A DNA stretch of 64,000 bases. Source: Octopus vulgaris. Its lineage: Eukaryota. Shown in pieces: positions 39,319 through 54,178 of the stretch. The position numbers were made by a program, and so were the translations under genes. Below the pieces are notes generated by a model that had not been told where the DNA came from, ran no database searches, and saw only the letters and a list, made by a program, of their open reading frames with translations. The DNA is taken from the NCBI GenBank assembly GCA_951406725.2, contig OX597817.1, positions 5,828,001 through 5,892,000 of the forward strand, in the 5' to 3' direction. Every line of letters begins with the position of its first letter. Position 1 is the first letter of the stretch.

Positions 39319-41876
39319 ACTTACATTTTTTCTAGAAGACAATCATTTCAGTCACCTACTGATGGATAATTCAATTTAACAATTGACTCTGTCTCAGTGA
39401 TCTTTGGATAATTATATTTTTCTGTTTGTATTTTTCTTTACTATGTTTTAATTCTTATTCAGGTCCCAAGTTACATTTAATAATTGTTTTTCTTCTTGGT
39501 CTCAGGTATTTGACATTTAACTTGAACCTCATTAGTGTATGCATTGTGCCAGATGTTTGTGTGTGGCAGGTCAGAGGTCATATGAAATTCAAATATTATA
39601 TGTGGGAAATTTTATAATTAACATATTTTTTATTGACTCCATCGTCAGCACAAAACACCAGCACTACAACCATTATCACATTCATTATGATCATCATCGT
39701 TAATGTAATTGTTATCATCATAACAATCATCAGTACTACAACCACCAATAAAATTATCATCACTATTATCACTATGACTACTGTTGCTGCTACTATTAGT
39801 ACTACTACTATTACTATTAATGCCAAACATCATCACCATCATCAGAATTTCAAAAGCCACATTAATCTGTATTGTTGCTGGCATTCATTCAAGAGATCAG
39901 TTGTACAACATTTTTGCCTAATAATATTGTAAAGCTGGTCAGATGGTTTTTTGTGGGGCAGCATATATTATTCTTCATTAACGTAGTTTACCTCAATTAG
40001 CAGAAGGAAATAAATGCTAGTCCTTCCAGGTTATTCACTCCCAATAAACAAGCATTCCTTCATCATTGTTTTAACATTCACTTTTCTATGTTTTCATGAA
40101 TATGACAGTATTCCCTGTGGCAGATTTTTTTACAGCCAGATGCCCTTTCTGCTGCCAACCCTAACATGTTTCAAGAGCATGTTAATATTTCCTTATGGCC
40201 TGACGTGTTTTCACAAAAGACTGAAAATGTGTGAACCCCACTTGAATGGTAACAACACCCTAATATGGAGCAACGTCCAGACAAGAAGATACGTACAAAC
40301 ATATGTATATATGACAGGCTTCTTTCAGTTTCTCTTCTAGCAAATCCACTTACAGTGCTTTGGTCAACTTGGGCTATAGAAGAACTTATTACCCAGACAG
40401 TGATACCTCCACCTCTAATAAAATACTTATTTCTCATGACACCTATTTTTTTCCTTGTTTATTTTACATCCACTTCACATTATCAATAAGACTTCACTAA
40501 GTCTTGGTCCAACCCATGCTAGCATGGAAAGCGGACGTTAAACAATGATGATGATGATGATGATAAGTAACTCCTCTGTATAAATTCCTGATGTCTAGGA
40601 AACACACGCACATACACGCATGTTTGCGTGTGCACACACACACATATATCCTCAATAAAAATGAAGTAATGATTGTGTAATAATACAAAGGTAACATTGT
40701 TGTGACACACTAACAGCATTTTTTAAATAACCCAATTATAGCTAATGTTCCCTCCAGACACATACAAACAAGACACAAACACTACTTAAAGGAAATTGAG
40801 CAACACATTACAAATTAAACGCATTGTTCATCCTAAATATTATTGTGTTATCTATCACAATGCTATCCTTGTCTTAATACAATGCTGTGATCAGGTTTCC
40901 CCTCTAATTTTTTTGATTGTATCACATTTGCATATGGAAATTCATGAAAAATAACTTTGCAGGGTATGTCAGGTAAAAGAGTTGTCTAACGCCTTATGTC
41001 CCTGTCAGTGTTTGACTGTGAATTGTTTGATGTTTGGGAATGAGAGAAAGGAAAACACAAGCTCATCGAAACATGTTGCATTGTTTACCTTTCAATAGGT
41101 TAGAATGACTTTGCTGCCTCTACCTGGCAGTGTTAGTTTCCAGCTAGTCACAGCTGTGCTACTGAGGTTTTACAGATAACAGGAAAAAAAGAAAATGAAC
41201 AAAAGAAGCATTTTTGCATGGCTTTAACAAAGGAGGGAAAGTTGTACCCATAAACTTTGCAAGACCGTGAGGTTAGTGAGGGGAAAATCTGCTGTGAAGG
41301 CCTGCAACAGAGTGCACTCTGCTAAAAACAGTTGAGGTGCAGGTTGTAGTGTTAAACTAGGTCACATTAAATCTATTACCCAGCCTAACTAAAACAAGTA
41401 ATTATCACCTGTTGTTACCTGAGCAACTTCAATTAAAAGTGTGTTCAGCATGTGCAGTTTGCAAAAGATCCTTACTAGCATAAAACAATTTGGCCGCATT
41501 AAGAACTAAAATATGACAGAAGTAGATATGTATCTCATGGTCAAAGAAAGAGGGGTTTATAAATGGGCGTTCTTTATCTTTCAATAGATTGGTGTAATAA
41601 TGGATTAGGTAACACAAAAGCAATATTCCAGCTAATTTTGTCTGGACAAACACACACAGATACCAGCATATTGTCTATTTCCCTCCCTCTCTCATTCTCA
41701 CTCTGTCGTATAAATATGGTGTGTAGGAGTATGTGTATTTATGTGTGTCTCATATAAAGGTGTGTAGCTGTGTATGTATGTGTGTCTATGTGTGTGTGTG
41801 TGTGTGTGTGTTGGCATTTGTGTGAATACAACTAAATATGCATATTTCAATTTTCTATTAATTCCATTTTCTTTAG

Positions 41877-42002
41877 ATTTCCTTACCTGATGCCTATATT
41901 GGAACCAGGATATGTATCAGATAAAATTGTGGAGGCCGTACGTTGTAACACTCATATTTTATACATCCCACGGTTGCTCTATTACACACTTGGACTAAAA
42001 GG
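41877..42002 (+). CDS. SDR16C5: SDR16C-family dehydrogenase penultimate exon (126 nt, phase 2-2); absent from the ORF track
   Basis: ttttctttag|A TTT CCT ... AAA GG|gtgagt. Encodes (R)FPYLMPILEPGYVSDKIVEAVRCNTHILYIPRLLYYTLGLK(G). Phase matches the preceding exon and the P-I-L-E-P motif is typical of SDR16C. Confidence 0.92.
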
Positions 42003-43023
42003 GTGAGTATAAGAGAGTAACAATCTCTTTTACTAATATCTATTATATACTTTTGGTTTCAGCATTGAGTTTCTCTATTTTCCATTTAGTGTCATTTACA
42101 AGCCTTTTCTTTCTTCACGAAATCGATAATAATTCCATCACATGCGATACAAACTTGATGACATAGTTACTGATATTGGATGACATTTGATGTAACTGTA
42201 ATATTCCAATCAGAGGCTTCCAATTTCATCTGAAGTTTATATACAAAAGATTTTACAACTTTTAAAAAGTAGGCAATTTCTAAATCATTGTTTGCCACTT
42301 GTATGGCAACAATGACGGCATATCTTTTCATTTTTACCTGACATGGTGGGAGGATCAGAAAGAAATAAAAACCTTTAATTGATTTAAAGATAGCAATATA
42401 TTATTAATTATGTGTCCTCAGATACCCCTTGTACCCTGTGTAAATTGTGTGCATGTGTATGTGCGCACTTAAATTTCTTTTGAGAGCGCTGGGTTCAACA
42501 ATGGCACAAATGTATTGTATTAGAGACTATGTTGAATAATACCTTTGTAAATTAAAAGATTTACTCTACTGACAGGTGTAATTTCAATGACTTGTATCGG
42601 TTAATTAAAATGCTATGCTCACTTTTGCATCCAGCCTACTTAGCATCCAAACATCCTTTAAATCATGCTGCAACTTTTGTAATAATTGATACCCTGATCA
42701 GTTGTTTGATATACAAAAGGAAACAAGGCAAATCTTTTCAAATGAGATAACCTGGGGCTAAACAAGATTGCCAGCAATCTAATTTGCATATTCTTCAATT
42801 TGGCTGTTTACAATGCAAACTACATCTGAAACTGAAGATTTAGATTCTGTCCATATCTTGGGTTACTAGCTAAAGGATTACAGGAACTGTGGAAACCTCT
42901 CTCTGTAGTTGTTCAATGTACTCCTGATTTCCTTAATATCACACCTTACCATCTTGCAAAAGAACACAATAAAATCATCTACTTCAGGGTACACTGTGAT
43001 TAAAAATAAATGGATAACAGTAA

Positions 43024-43386
43024 AGCAAGGGCACTCAGAAAGTGCAAACCTCCACCAAAGCAACATCAACATTTTCTCAACGATTAGCCAGAGTTGATTT
43101 TTAAAATGAGAAAACCTGAAATGAACTCAAATGCTCTCACAAATGATAATACTAAAAATGAACCCAGTCACTCTCAAAAATTAAGTAAAAATATAGGAAA
43201 AATGATCCAGAATCCTTGTCCAGAACCGGATTGATCCCAAAATCTAATCAGTGCCAGTCATAAGGCCAAACATCCTTGAAAGTTTCATCCAAATCCATCC
43301 AGCTGTTCTTGAGATATCTTGTCCATGGACAAACAAACAAACACGACTGAAAACAATACCTCCACTTTTGCTAAGGTGGACATAAA
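43024..43386 (-). mobile_element. Helentron-associated (HINE/DINE-1-like) non-autonomous element
   Basis: On the minus strand: 5' hairpin TCCACCTTAGCAAAAGTGGAGG, (GTTT)n microsatellite, and 3' TGGAGG followed by stem-loop GCACT-TTCTG-AGTGC, within T-rich flanks. Confidence 0.6.
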
Positions 43387-44016
43387 TATAAAGGCTTAAA
43401 TGCCTTTGATCAATGTTCTGCTCAATCAGAGCCAACTCACATTTCAACAGCAATACAAATAGCATTAAATAATACTGAATATCTCAAATAATGGCTGTTG
43501 CATCATGATAAATGTTAAACTAAATGGCATGGACTGAATTAAATAATTGCATGAATTCTTCAAACGAATTGTTCTACTATGCATTGCATGAACTGCTTGC
43601 ATTATTTTACCCGATTTGATATAGATATATAACACAGGAAGAAGAGTAGCTTGTATGACCTTCTTTAGGAATCCGAAAGCTGGTTGGGAGGGGGGGAGTT
43701 ATTCTCAAATTTCTCAAATCAAATATCTAGCTTAAATAATTGCAGCAGAGTGGAGTTCACTCAAAGTATCAATTCTATTCTGATTGTTCTCTTCAGAGAC
43801 CACCACTGTCAAATCCCACTTAACTAGTTTACTAACTGGATCACTGTGGTGTTTCAGCAGGGTGATACAGCTTTTTGTACAGATTATTTCGGTAAAAGTA
43901 CAAGGCTACATATTCCAATATTAACTGCTGCTTATTTTCTCAATCTAAAAGGGATGAAATTTGAAATTGACCTTGGTGAGATTTGAACTAGAATAATATA
44001 AAGTAACTAAATAGTG

Positions 44017-44051
<35 letters not shown>

Positions 44052-44052
<1 letters not shown>

Positions 44053-44610
44053 TAGTGCCCTGATGCGGTACCAGGCAGTGGCTCTCGTGGCTTCTCATCT
44101 TTACTGATTGGGAGTGTTATCATGTACATTGTTTTGTCTTGGTATAAAAGATGGGCTACAGCAAATATTCTGCTCAATACCACAGATTTGCTTGTCAGTT
44201 GTTTGACCTTAACCAGTTGAGCATGTCCTTTAGTGGTTGACGATATGTGCATCTCTGATCACGAGCAGAAGCAGTGGGGGAGCATCATAACCATATGTGG
44301 AGAGGGATTCTTTGGGGTTTGAATAAATCACCTCTGAAAACATGGGTGTTTCGTTCAACATCCTTAAACAATCCTTATTTGGGGACCTTTTGAGTGGGAT
44401 GGGTTACTCGACCAGAAGAAAATTCTAATTGGGCCCCACCTGCAAGGTCATGTACTGTTTATCTTGATATGAGATCACCATGTCACGCACATATGGTTGT
44501 GATGCATGTGCCTAGTGTGCCCTTATCAGACGGATAGTCATGATGGGTATACTGGGCTTCGTATATTTTACCCCAGTGTCACTTTGATGTCATGCACTGC
44601 TCTCTCACTC
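44052..44610. repeat. Complex interspersed repeat inserted in an (ATA)n tract, class undetermined
   Basis: GC-richer block flanked by (ATA)n on both sides; no coding motif recognised. Confidence 0.45.
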
Positions 44611-45351
44611 AATAATAATAATAGTAATGATTATCTTCCAAGATATTTAACATTTAGGTGCCAACTCTTATCATTCGTGAAAAGAGACCCTTTGAAACCT
44701 TTGGCAACAGGTTGCTGTCCGCTCTCACAGAAATGACTGGAGCAAGTAGGATCTAGAGCTCTGAGAAGTATAATATGATTATAATAATTGAAAGATTAAG
44801 AATAATTATAACGATTTCAAATTTTGGCATAAGGTCAGTAAATTTACAGGTAAGGGTGAGTTAATATTATTGACCCCCACTTCTCAACTGGCACTTACTT
44901 TATCAACCCTGAGAGGATGAAAGCAAAATCAGCAAAATTTGAATTCAGAATATAGAGACGGACGAAATGGCATCAAGCATTTTGTCTGACATGTTACCAA
45001 TTCTGTGAGCTCATCGCCTGATTAAGAATGATAATAATATTAGTGATAAGAATGTGCTTTAACATTGGCAGTGAATTCTAACATGTGCATTTATGATGAT
45101 GATGATGATGATGATGATAACATTCCTTTTGCATAATTCTTTAAGAGTTTCTTTGTTGTTGATGTTGCTGCTGTTGATTATGATGATGATGTTGATTTTC
45201 TTCTCTGATGTGGTTAATTAATAATTATTAATGAAAAATATTTTGTTTCAGCTTCATGTTAAATATCCTAGATTACACAACCTCCTGACTAATTGTTTAT
45301 TTGTTTCTCTTATATGTGTATGCATAAATACTTACATACATACACACACAC

Positions 45352-45411
<60 letters not shown>

Positions 45412-45420
45412 GTGCATGTG

Positions 45421-45467
<47 letters not shown>

Positions 45468-45478
45468 GTGTGCATGTG

Positions 45479-45512
<34 letters not shown>

Positions 45513-46039
45513 ATGACATACATACATGTTTGTGTGCACATACATACATCTGCAAAGGCATAGATGTGTATGTATGTGTGTGTGCACATATTTATACAAG
45601 CCTATAGCAGATATATTTGTTCACACATAGCAACACACAAAGATTTCAAATCTTTTGATGATAAAGTGTTATATCAACAGCAAAATCTAACTAAGAAAAT
45701 CAGAGGACAACATGATATTTTGTTGTGGTTTTGTTTCAACATGTTTGCCATGCGCCTTTAAGTTGAAGCTATATATATTTTAAACCATCACAGTTGAATG
45801 GTGCTCCTTGTGGGCTTCCTTGTTCTGTTTTATTCCAATCCAGTGATCAAGTATTTGCATTTCCTATTTCACATATACTTTTCCATGTTAGCATCAGTAT
45901 AAAGTCATTCGCAGATTCCTCTCTACATCTCTCATTGCAAAATTTTAACTTCTGGTTGAGTGGATACAAAAAAACCTTCAGACAACATGACATCAGAATA
46001 GTTTTCAGATATTTCACCAGAGTTATACATATAAAGTGT

Positions 46040-46072
<33 letters not shown>

Positions 46073-47836
46073 ATGTACATGTATTTTTATGCCGTGTAAG
46101 TTGCATGTATAGCATTCCATACATTTGTAGAGGGTTTAACAAAGAGGAAAATACAAGACAACACCCAAAGTTCAAAATATAAGAACATTAAAAATCTCAG
46201 ATAAGGGAAATTTTAATGCTCAACATTAAAAGATGTAGAACAAGTGTGTTGCATGAAAGAAATATCACATGATACTGTAGAATTGTTTTTTTTTTTTTTA
46301 TGATTTAATAACCTGAGGAGGAAAGTAGCACCCACAATCTTTTAGGGCCTTGGAAATTGGTGGGGAAGAATTGAAGGAAGTTATTCTCAGACCAGAGATT
46401 TAGCTCAAAAGCTTGTAACAGACTGGATTTTGCTCCCACCTGAGTCCATCTCTGGTCCCATGATACAACCTTCCTGCTTTTCAGTGATCTAAATTTAAAT
46501 CTTCCATCAAACTTTCCTATTTATTTGATCTTCTCACTAGCTTAATATTGACTGGGTTATTTTCCTTTATTTATCATTATTTTCAAAATTAATTAAAACT
46601 AAGGTGGTTTATTTCAACAGAAATATGGCAAAGAAAAGATTAAAATTGGCAAAGGATGAAGTCTCTACTCAAGAAGAGAAGTCTCTTTGATGTATTTTCA
46701 AGCAGTTTCAGTTTATGAAATTTAGCTCACAAAGTTTTGCTTGATCCAAAGTGATAAGAGAATACACTTGTCCAAGGTGCCCAACACTGGAATTGAACCT
46801 AAAATTATGTAATTGTGAACAATTAAAAGTATATTTATAATACATTTTGGTTCTCTCGAATAAATAAGGAATCTAAGAAAACTGTGTCAACAGCAGTTCA
46901 TCCCAAAGAGGGTTAATAAAGGAGTTGGTAAGTTCAGCTGTTAAAGACTGTAGAATCTAATCTTAAGCTCTATTTTTAGTCTGGGTGTGAGGAAGGCATA
47001 GAATTTATTGTTATTACATTGGTGCAAAAGTATTGCTTCTGGTCAAATTAACTCACCACATTTTCTTTTTCCCTTACTCTCAGATAAAAAGTCAAACTCA
47101 GAACTTTAGATTATGCACACCTCAATAACTGAACTTATCTAATACTTCAATGTTCTTACTGATAATTAATTCACATAATCATTAATGTATTACATACAAA
47201 TTATTTTAACAGTCTCTACTTCACATTCATGCCAAAATTCACTGCATACTTTTTCATTCATAAATCACTGGGCTAAACTATAAAGAAGCATCTTACCATT
47301 TTTGATTTCAGAATTTTTAAATTTTTATAGAAATATTTATTCAATCTTACTCATACTGTACTGAAGATGTAAAATCTGATATGTTAGAAATAGTAACCAA
47401 ATCTTCCTCAAAATGTATACTGTTGTCTTAAGAAGATAAGTTTGAAAGAAAGGCAAGGTGGTGACAGTTGTGATGCTTTTAATTCCAGACCTGCTCAATT
47501 AATGCTAATCTGGTGCTAAATAACAAATAGGATGAGATTTGCTCCTTTAATTGTCAGCTCCACATATTTTCTGTTAGTTATAAACCTTGTTTATTATTAT
47601 AGAAGACTCTGTGTGTGTGTATGTGTATTTATATAATTAAATAATTAGTTTGTTCAATATTGTGTTATAAGAAATGTCTTTGTATTTCTAAGAATATTTG
47701 CCTGAAATCAGTGCCTGTACTCACACATACATGCAGATAGACACCTTTTAAACCATCAACAAAACATTGCTGGTCATGCTTGCATTTTTATCCATTTTAT
47801 TTGCATGTTATAGCTAAACATGTTCTTCTTCTTCAG

Positions 47837-47936
47837 AATATTGCCACACAAATGCATATCCCTGCTTGCTCGTTTCTTTGGAGTATCTACAGACATGGAA
47901 AAATTCAAGGGTAAACTGGGACAAAAGAAAGAATGA
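47837..47936 (+). CDS. SDR16C5: SDR16C-family dehydrogenase terminal exon A (proximal)
   Basis: ttcttcttcttcag|A ATA TTG CCA ... GAA TGA, phase 2 compatible. Encodes (G)ILPHKCISLLARFFGVSTDMEKFKGKLGQKKE*, matching the SDR16C C-terminal pattern LP...F.G....M..F.G. Confidence 0.88.
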
Positions 47937-49111
47937 TCTTTCTGAGTTTATTCACAGGTCTCTACATTTTCTGAGAATAATTCTTCTTTAAATCTATTGC
48001 TGCCTTTGTGTCTTACCTTTATGTTGCATCTTTATTTTCTGTACTGGTCATCCACTTGACCACAACATACTCCCTCATCTATTATCCGACTTTGTCAGTA
48101 TTTCTTTATCACTCACTCTTACTGCTTTTGTTTAATATTTTTGTTTACCGTTCTGGCTTCTCCGCTTTGCACCTCATATTCCTGCTTTCATATCTAGTCA
48201 GAAGCACTAATGCATGAAAGAAGACAGAAACGAAGGTCACTGCTTCTTTTTTCTGGATCACACCAGATTATAGATCTGATATTATTTCTCACCATTGTTT
48301 CAGTAATGTTTTTCATTTCTTTTCAATTGCTAATATCTTTTTGAATCTTGTATCTTATGTCTGTGCATGTTCACATACATATATATATATATATACATAT
48401 ATATAAAATAATAATAATAATAATTAATAACATGAGGGAATATTGTTCCAAACTTACAGTGAAAAATTCAATTTAGAAATACTAAATCAAATTTCACAAA
48501 ATATAATTTTCTAATTTATATATATATATATATATTATCAAAGACTGAAATATATGGTATTATTTCTAATTCTGTACTTACACTTGTTTCGTTACAATAT
48601 GTGAAATATATTTTGTAAGCATAGATATTAACAGTAACAACAATAATATGCATATAATGAATTCATGATATAATAATATATGTACATTCATTAGCCTTTA
48701 ATACCTTTTATACTATTCGTTGCACATAGGTGTTAATGGAATTGCACATTTGTATTAAATGATAATGTATGTATACATATACATGTTTATTATTAGGAAG
48801 GGCAACTAGCCATAGAAACCATACTAAAGCTGACATTTAAGCTTGGTACAGACCTCTGGCTTGCCAGCTTCTGTCAAGCCTTCCTACCCATGTCAGCATG
48901 GAAAATAGATATTAAATGATGATGAAACAATATCATAAATTCCAGTCTTTGTTTTGATATAGACACACTCTGCAGCTCATACACTTGACCATAAATTTCG
49001 ATTGGTATGTTTAATTGTCTCCTTAAAGATTAAACATCTACATCCAAACAACTGATAGCTAGAATTATCAGAAGTGTTTCATGAGGACACAGCTTGAACT
49101 GTAATCCTTTT

Positions 49112-49150
<39 letters not shown>

Positions 49151-49151
49151 T

Positions 49152-49558
49152 CAGGTTGTCATCGACTTACAACCACAGTAGGTTGTGACTGACTGTTGGC
49201 CTATAGGCCTACATAGCTTTGTTTTATATTTTTACATTCTTAAGGTATATTCTCAGATAAAAGTTACACACAGCATTCTGTATTATACTATTATACTGGT
49301 GTTAGTCAAAAATTTCGGAGTCTCAAGCAGTCGTCTTATAAAAAAATTTGAGGTTGCCTCGATATCTCCGTGACAGGATAGTCATCCAACACAGTGGTGA
49401 TCAATAACCAAGTCTAGGGGAAGTGTTTGTTTGCTGACATCATCCATAATCCCATTAGATTTCAACTGGACGATTTATTATTACTGCTGGGAGCTGGCAC
49501 GCCAGTCATAAAGTCGATCGGTCATAAGTCTGATAGGTCATAAGTCGATGACGACCTG
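49152..49558. mobile_element. Tigger/pogo-like MITE
   Basis: TIR CAGGTTGTCATCGACTTACAACC / GGTCATAAGTCGATGACGACCTG with TA at the right end; subterminal repeats GTCATAAGTCGAT. Confidence 0.8.
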
Positions 49559-49722
49559 TATAAATATATACAAGAGTATTGTCACTTGTAGCATTGAAAA
49601 AGATATAAAAGGTGAAAATAGAAAACTTCTGACAATGAAGCAAGTTTAAAAAAAACCTTTATAGTTAAATTTTAATGGGCTAACGGAACCTTCATAACTG
49701 GACATTTCTCAAACTGTTCTTT

Positions 49723-49760
49723 TCTTCTGAAGATGGGCCTTTGTGCTCGAAATATAAAGG
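49723..49760 (+). ncRNA. Minimal hammerhead ribozyme-like motif (Penelope type) with intact core
   Basis: CTT [CTGAAGA] T GGGC-ctttgt-GCTC [GAAA] T-A-T-A AAG. Stem I is CTT/AAG; stem III is loopless and palindromic; predicted cleavage after A49756. Confidence 0.5.
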
Positions 49761-50740
49761 TTTTATTAAACTCTGCACATTGTCAGAAGCTTTCTATTTT
49801 CTCTCTCATTACCTTCTTCAAAATATATATATATATATTTATAAACCTTTTCCAATTTCTTTTCTCTAGCTTACTTTGTTCTCATTCATCGTATTTACTT
49901 TTCCTCCTTCTTTTCTTATTTTAATTTCTTCTTCTTTTGGAAAACTCTATTTGCATTATCTTATTATTTAGTTTCTGTCATATTTCCATTGTTTTCTGTT
50001 ATTTTTATATTTAATTGTCTTTAACAATTCTAGTGATTTCTTAAACTATTTATTCCTGTTGTTTATATGTTATATTCTTTTCTTGATTTCTTTGTTTATA
50101 TATGCAATTGTATACATACATACATACATACACACATATATTTATCATGTATGCACATGTATGTTTGTATATATACAATATGTACATAATGTATGTATAT
50201 GTGTGTGTATATGTATGTAATGTATGTATTTACATATATATATATATATGTATATATCTTGCTTGTTCTACTTAATTCTACAACTGGAAAATTAACTAAA
50301 TTTAATGCCACTTCAATTAAATGCAAAGAATTTGGTTTCATTTTGAGTTTTCTATTTTCATATTGTTTATTTTTTTGCTTGAGTTATTCTTGATGATAAA
50401 AAGCATATTACATTTTTATGTGAAAGTTTTTGTGTAAAGGAATTTTTATATAATTGTTGATGCTGCAATAGTAATTGTATCTTTATATAGAAAGTAAAAA
50501 CAAAAGACAAATTGGCATTTAATTATAATTCACTAGAATATAAATGTGTATTGTGTTGTGTGTGTGTGTGTGTGTGTGTGCATACTTTTTACAAGAAAAG
50601 ATTGTCAGTTATTTCAAAACTTCAGCCTAATGAGACTGTAAAGTACATTGGTTTGTCAGGCCTTATGTTTATATATGTATTTTGATGTCAATTTTTGTTG
50701 TATATATAGAAATATCTTTATGGAGAGTTTAACTTGAAGA

Positions 50741-50784
50741 AATAAAGAATTTAAGTAAGAGGAAGAATATGTAAATAAAATAAA
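50741..50784 (+). terminator. Candidate polyadenylation signals for the exon-A isoform
   Basis: AATAAA at 50741 and overlapping AATAAAATAAA near 50774-50784, followed by a GT/T-rich tract. AATAAA is common in AT-rich DNA, so support is weak. Confidence 0.3.
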
Positions 50785-50880
50785 CAAGTAATGAAGAGTA
50801 AAGCCATTTTCTGGTTTTGACAGTTGATGATTTGTTGAATCTAATTAGGTTGCTTCTCTTATCTTGGTTTTAAATAAAAA

Positions 50881-51115
50881 TAAATGCACCCTTTTAAAGC
50901 CTAGCCAGGCTCATGGGCCCGGTTTCTATGGCATATGTGTTCCCCAGCTGGACGGGACGCCAGTCCATCGCAGCATTACTCATTTTTGTCAGCTGGGTGG
51001 ACTGGAGCAACGCGAAATGAAGTGTTTTGCTCAAAAACACAACGCGTCGCCCGGTCCAGGAATCAAAACCCTAATCTTACGATCATGGTGCTGACACCCT
51101 AACCACTAAGCCACA
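50881..51115 (-). mobile_element. tRNA-derived SINE (family E)
   Basis: Minus-strand TGGCTTAGTGGTTAGGG A box; central block shared with family D and tail shared with the 20176 chimera. Confidence 0.85.
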
Positions 51116-51918
51116 AAGATGATTGATTATTTAAATGTTATTTTTGGGGAGCATTCAGTGTTCAGGTACTGTTAGATTTATATAGGAACACATGTGATAC
51201 ATGTCATAAAATTGGTTACATTAGTGGTTTGTTTTGAAAGCCTTGTTGAATCTAGTTATCTAGATTTATTATATTTAGTGTAGGTAAATTAATTTTACTT
51301 ATTATTTGAGTTCATTCAAGCATGTTTGTAAATACAGATGTGAGAGGTTAGATTTGCATAGGAGCACAAGTCAGATTCATTGGTTTATGTTAAAGAGTCA
51401 CCTCTAAGCATAATTGTAACTAAGATGTTTATTTTTAAGTTTTGGTTTTATATTGAAATTGCTAATTTGGGAATGAAATCTAGATGAGAGAAACTAAGGT
51501 TGAAATATATTTACTTTTGGTAGTGATGGCACATGAGTTCACATATCAAAGTTCATATGGCATGTACAATTAACAAAAGCTAATGGGGGGAATATGTTTG
51601 TGCAAATGCATATGTATGCATGCAGTTCATAGATGTTAAGGTTGGTTATTCTGAAATAACAGTTTAGGAGATAAATGAAATTAAATTGTGAAGCATCAAA
51701 AAGAGTAGTTCATATCTCAGTGCTGGCGTAATATACAGTGGGTGGAAAAGGAAATAAGAGAGATACAGAACATGATAAAAAAAAGACAGCAGGAATTTTG
51801 GTTGAGTGTGGAGATTTGAACATGTGTTTAGGAGAATGGATTCATCATGATAGGCTCCTTGATGTATTTGGTTGTTAGTGTGTGTACTTCTACATGCTGA
51901 TGTACATTTGCAGTCATA

Positions 51919-52290
51919 GGCACAGGTGTGATTGTAAGGTAAGAAGTTTGCTTCCCTGATATATTATTTAAGGTTCAATACCTCTGTGTGACACATTGAG
52001 CAAGTGCCTTCTACTATATCCTCAGTCTGATCGAAGTCTTGTGAGTAGATTTGGTAGACAGAAAATGAAAGAAACTCATTGTGCATGTGTGTGTATTGTA
52101 CCACAGAATAACAACCAGTATTACTGTGTTTACAGCCCTGTAACTTAGTGATTTAGCAAAGCAATCAATACAATAATTACCAGGCCTAAAAAAAATGAGT
52201 AATGGGGTTGATTCATTTGGCTAAAATTACTTAAAGTGGTGCTCTAGTGTGGCTGTAGTCTAATGACTTAAACAAGTGAAAGAATAGAAG
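51919..52290 (+). mobile_element. Old degenerate family B SINE
   Basis: Collinear similarity to the 54179 copy. Confidence 0.75.
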
Positions 52291-52650
52291 AATCTACAGG
52301 CATAAAAAAGTTTTAAATAAGCTTATACATATAATCTGATATATATATAATATATATATCAGGCAAATATAATAGAACAATTTTAATGTACAAAAACTCA
52401 AACCTATGAATACACACACATATGCGCAAATATATTGAAACAGTTGCATTCATACAAACACAACCATACTTAACTAGGTAAGAAAAAAAAACTGTTTATA
52501 CAAGTGTAATAAATCAGACATAAATGAATTTATCTATATAGATGTGTGTGCAAAGGTAGTCCTGATGCATCTGTCAGTGTGTGTATGAGTTTTACTTGGT
52601 GTCAGTGTACTATAAAGTAGATATACATGTGCATAGAACTACACACAAGC

Positions 52651-52695
<45 letters not shown>

Positions 52696-52849
52696 CATAC
52701 ATACATACATATATGTGTGTGTGTTCAAGTATTCATCCAGAATGTGTAGTTATAAAGACAGGTAAGTAACCTAATATATGAAGAACAAAGATATGAATAT
52801 GTAGTTGTGGAGAAATGTCCCTGTTTATATACTAGCATACAGGTGCAAA

Positions 52850-53422
<573 letters not shown>

Positions 53423-54178
53423 GTTCTTGGATGTCTGCAGCAAAATATATTAATAACGATTTGATAGAGAAAGTTAGACAATGGGCATTTTTCTTTCCTT
53501 TCTTTTCTTTTCATTTATATTCACATATAGAATGTTTGGATTTTGGTAAGGAAACAGCAGACATCTACTTGTGTTTTTTTTATATCTTTGTTTTTTTGTT
53601 TTTTTTTTGTGTAGACATCTACATAGGCACAAAAAAAACCCCCATTAAATACAAAATAAGCAGTGGTCTGCTGTTTCCTTAGGAAGATCCAGACATTTCA
53701 TATCTCTGTATAAATAAATATAAAAAAATGGAAAATTATTTACTGCTCTGACTGTTTTTATATTCTCTATTATTTTATACATACACATGCATCCACAAAT
53801 GCATAAGACATTTGAATATTGTGTTGGTTCAGCTGTGAATGTCATAGTAATAGTATAGTTATTGTAGGATATTGAGTTAGAGATTGAATTTGGTTGGCAT
53901 TATCTATGTGATTTTAAGATGTCTTCAGATAGGTTTTGCATCTGCAAAACAATATCAGATCTGTCTCCAGATTAACCTTTTCCATTACTGACATGTGTTG
54001 ACTCTGGGGGAAATGACTACATATGTATTTTTATAATCACAAGTATACAATTTTGGTTACTCTACATTGTTTTATCAAGTATATTTATCTGATACTGAAT
54101 ATTTTAAATGTATTTCAAAACAAATCCCTCCCACACGTTTGTTATACATGTGTAAAAAAATAAATAAATAAATAAATA

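Noticed and set aside
39596-39932. ORFs rich in I/T/V resembling a membrane or mucin-like protein
   Set aside because: Degenerate (ATC)/(ACT) trinucleotide tract inside an intron, without splice support.
45252-45288. tttgtttcag acceptor giving a third terminal exon ([12 protein letters not shown])
   Set aside because: No similarity to the SDR16C C-terminus; such acceptors are common by chance.
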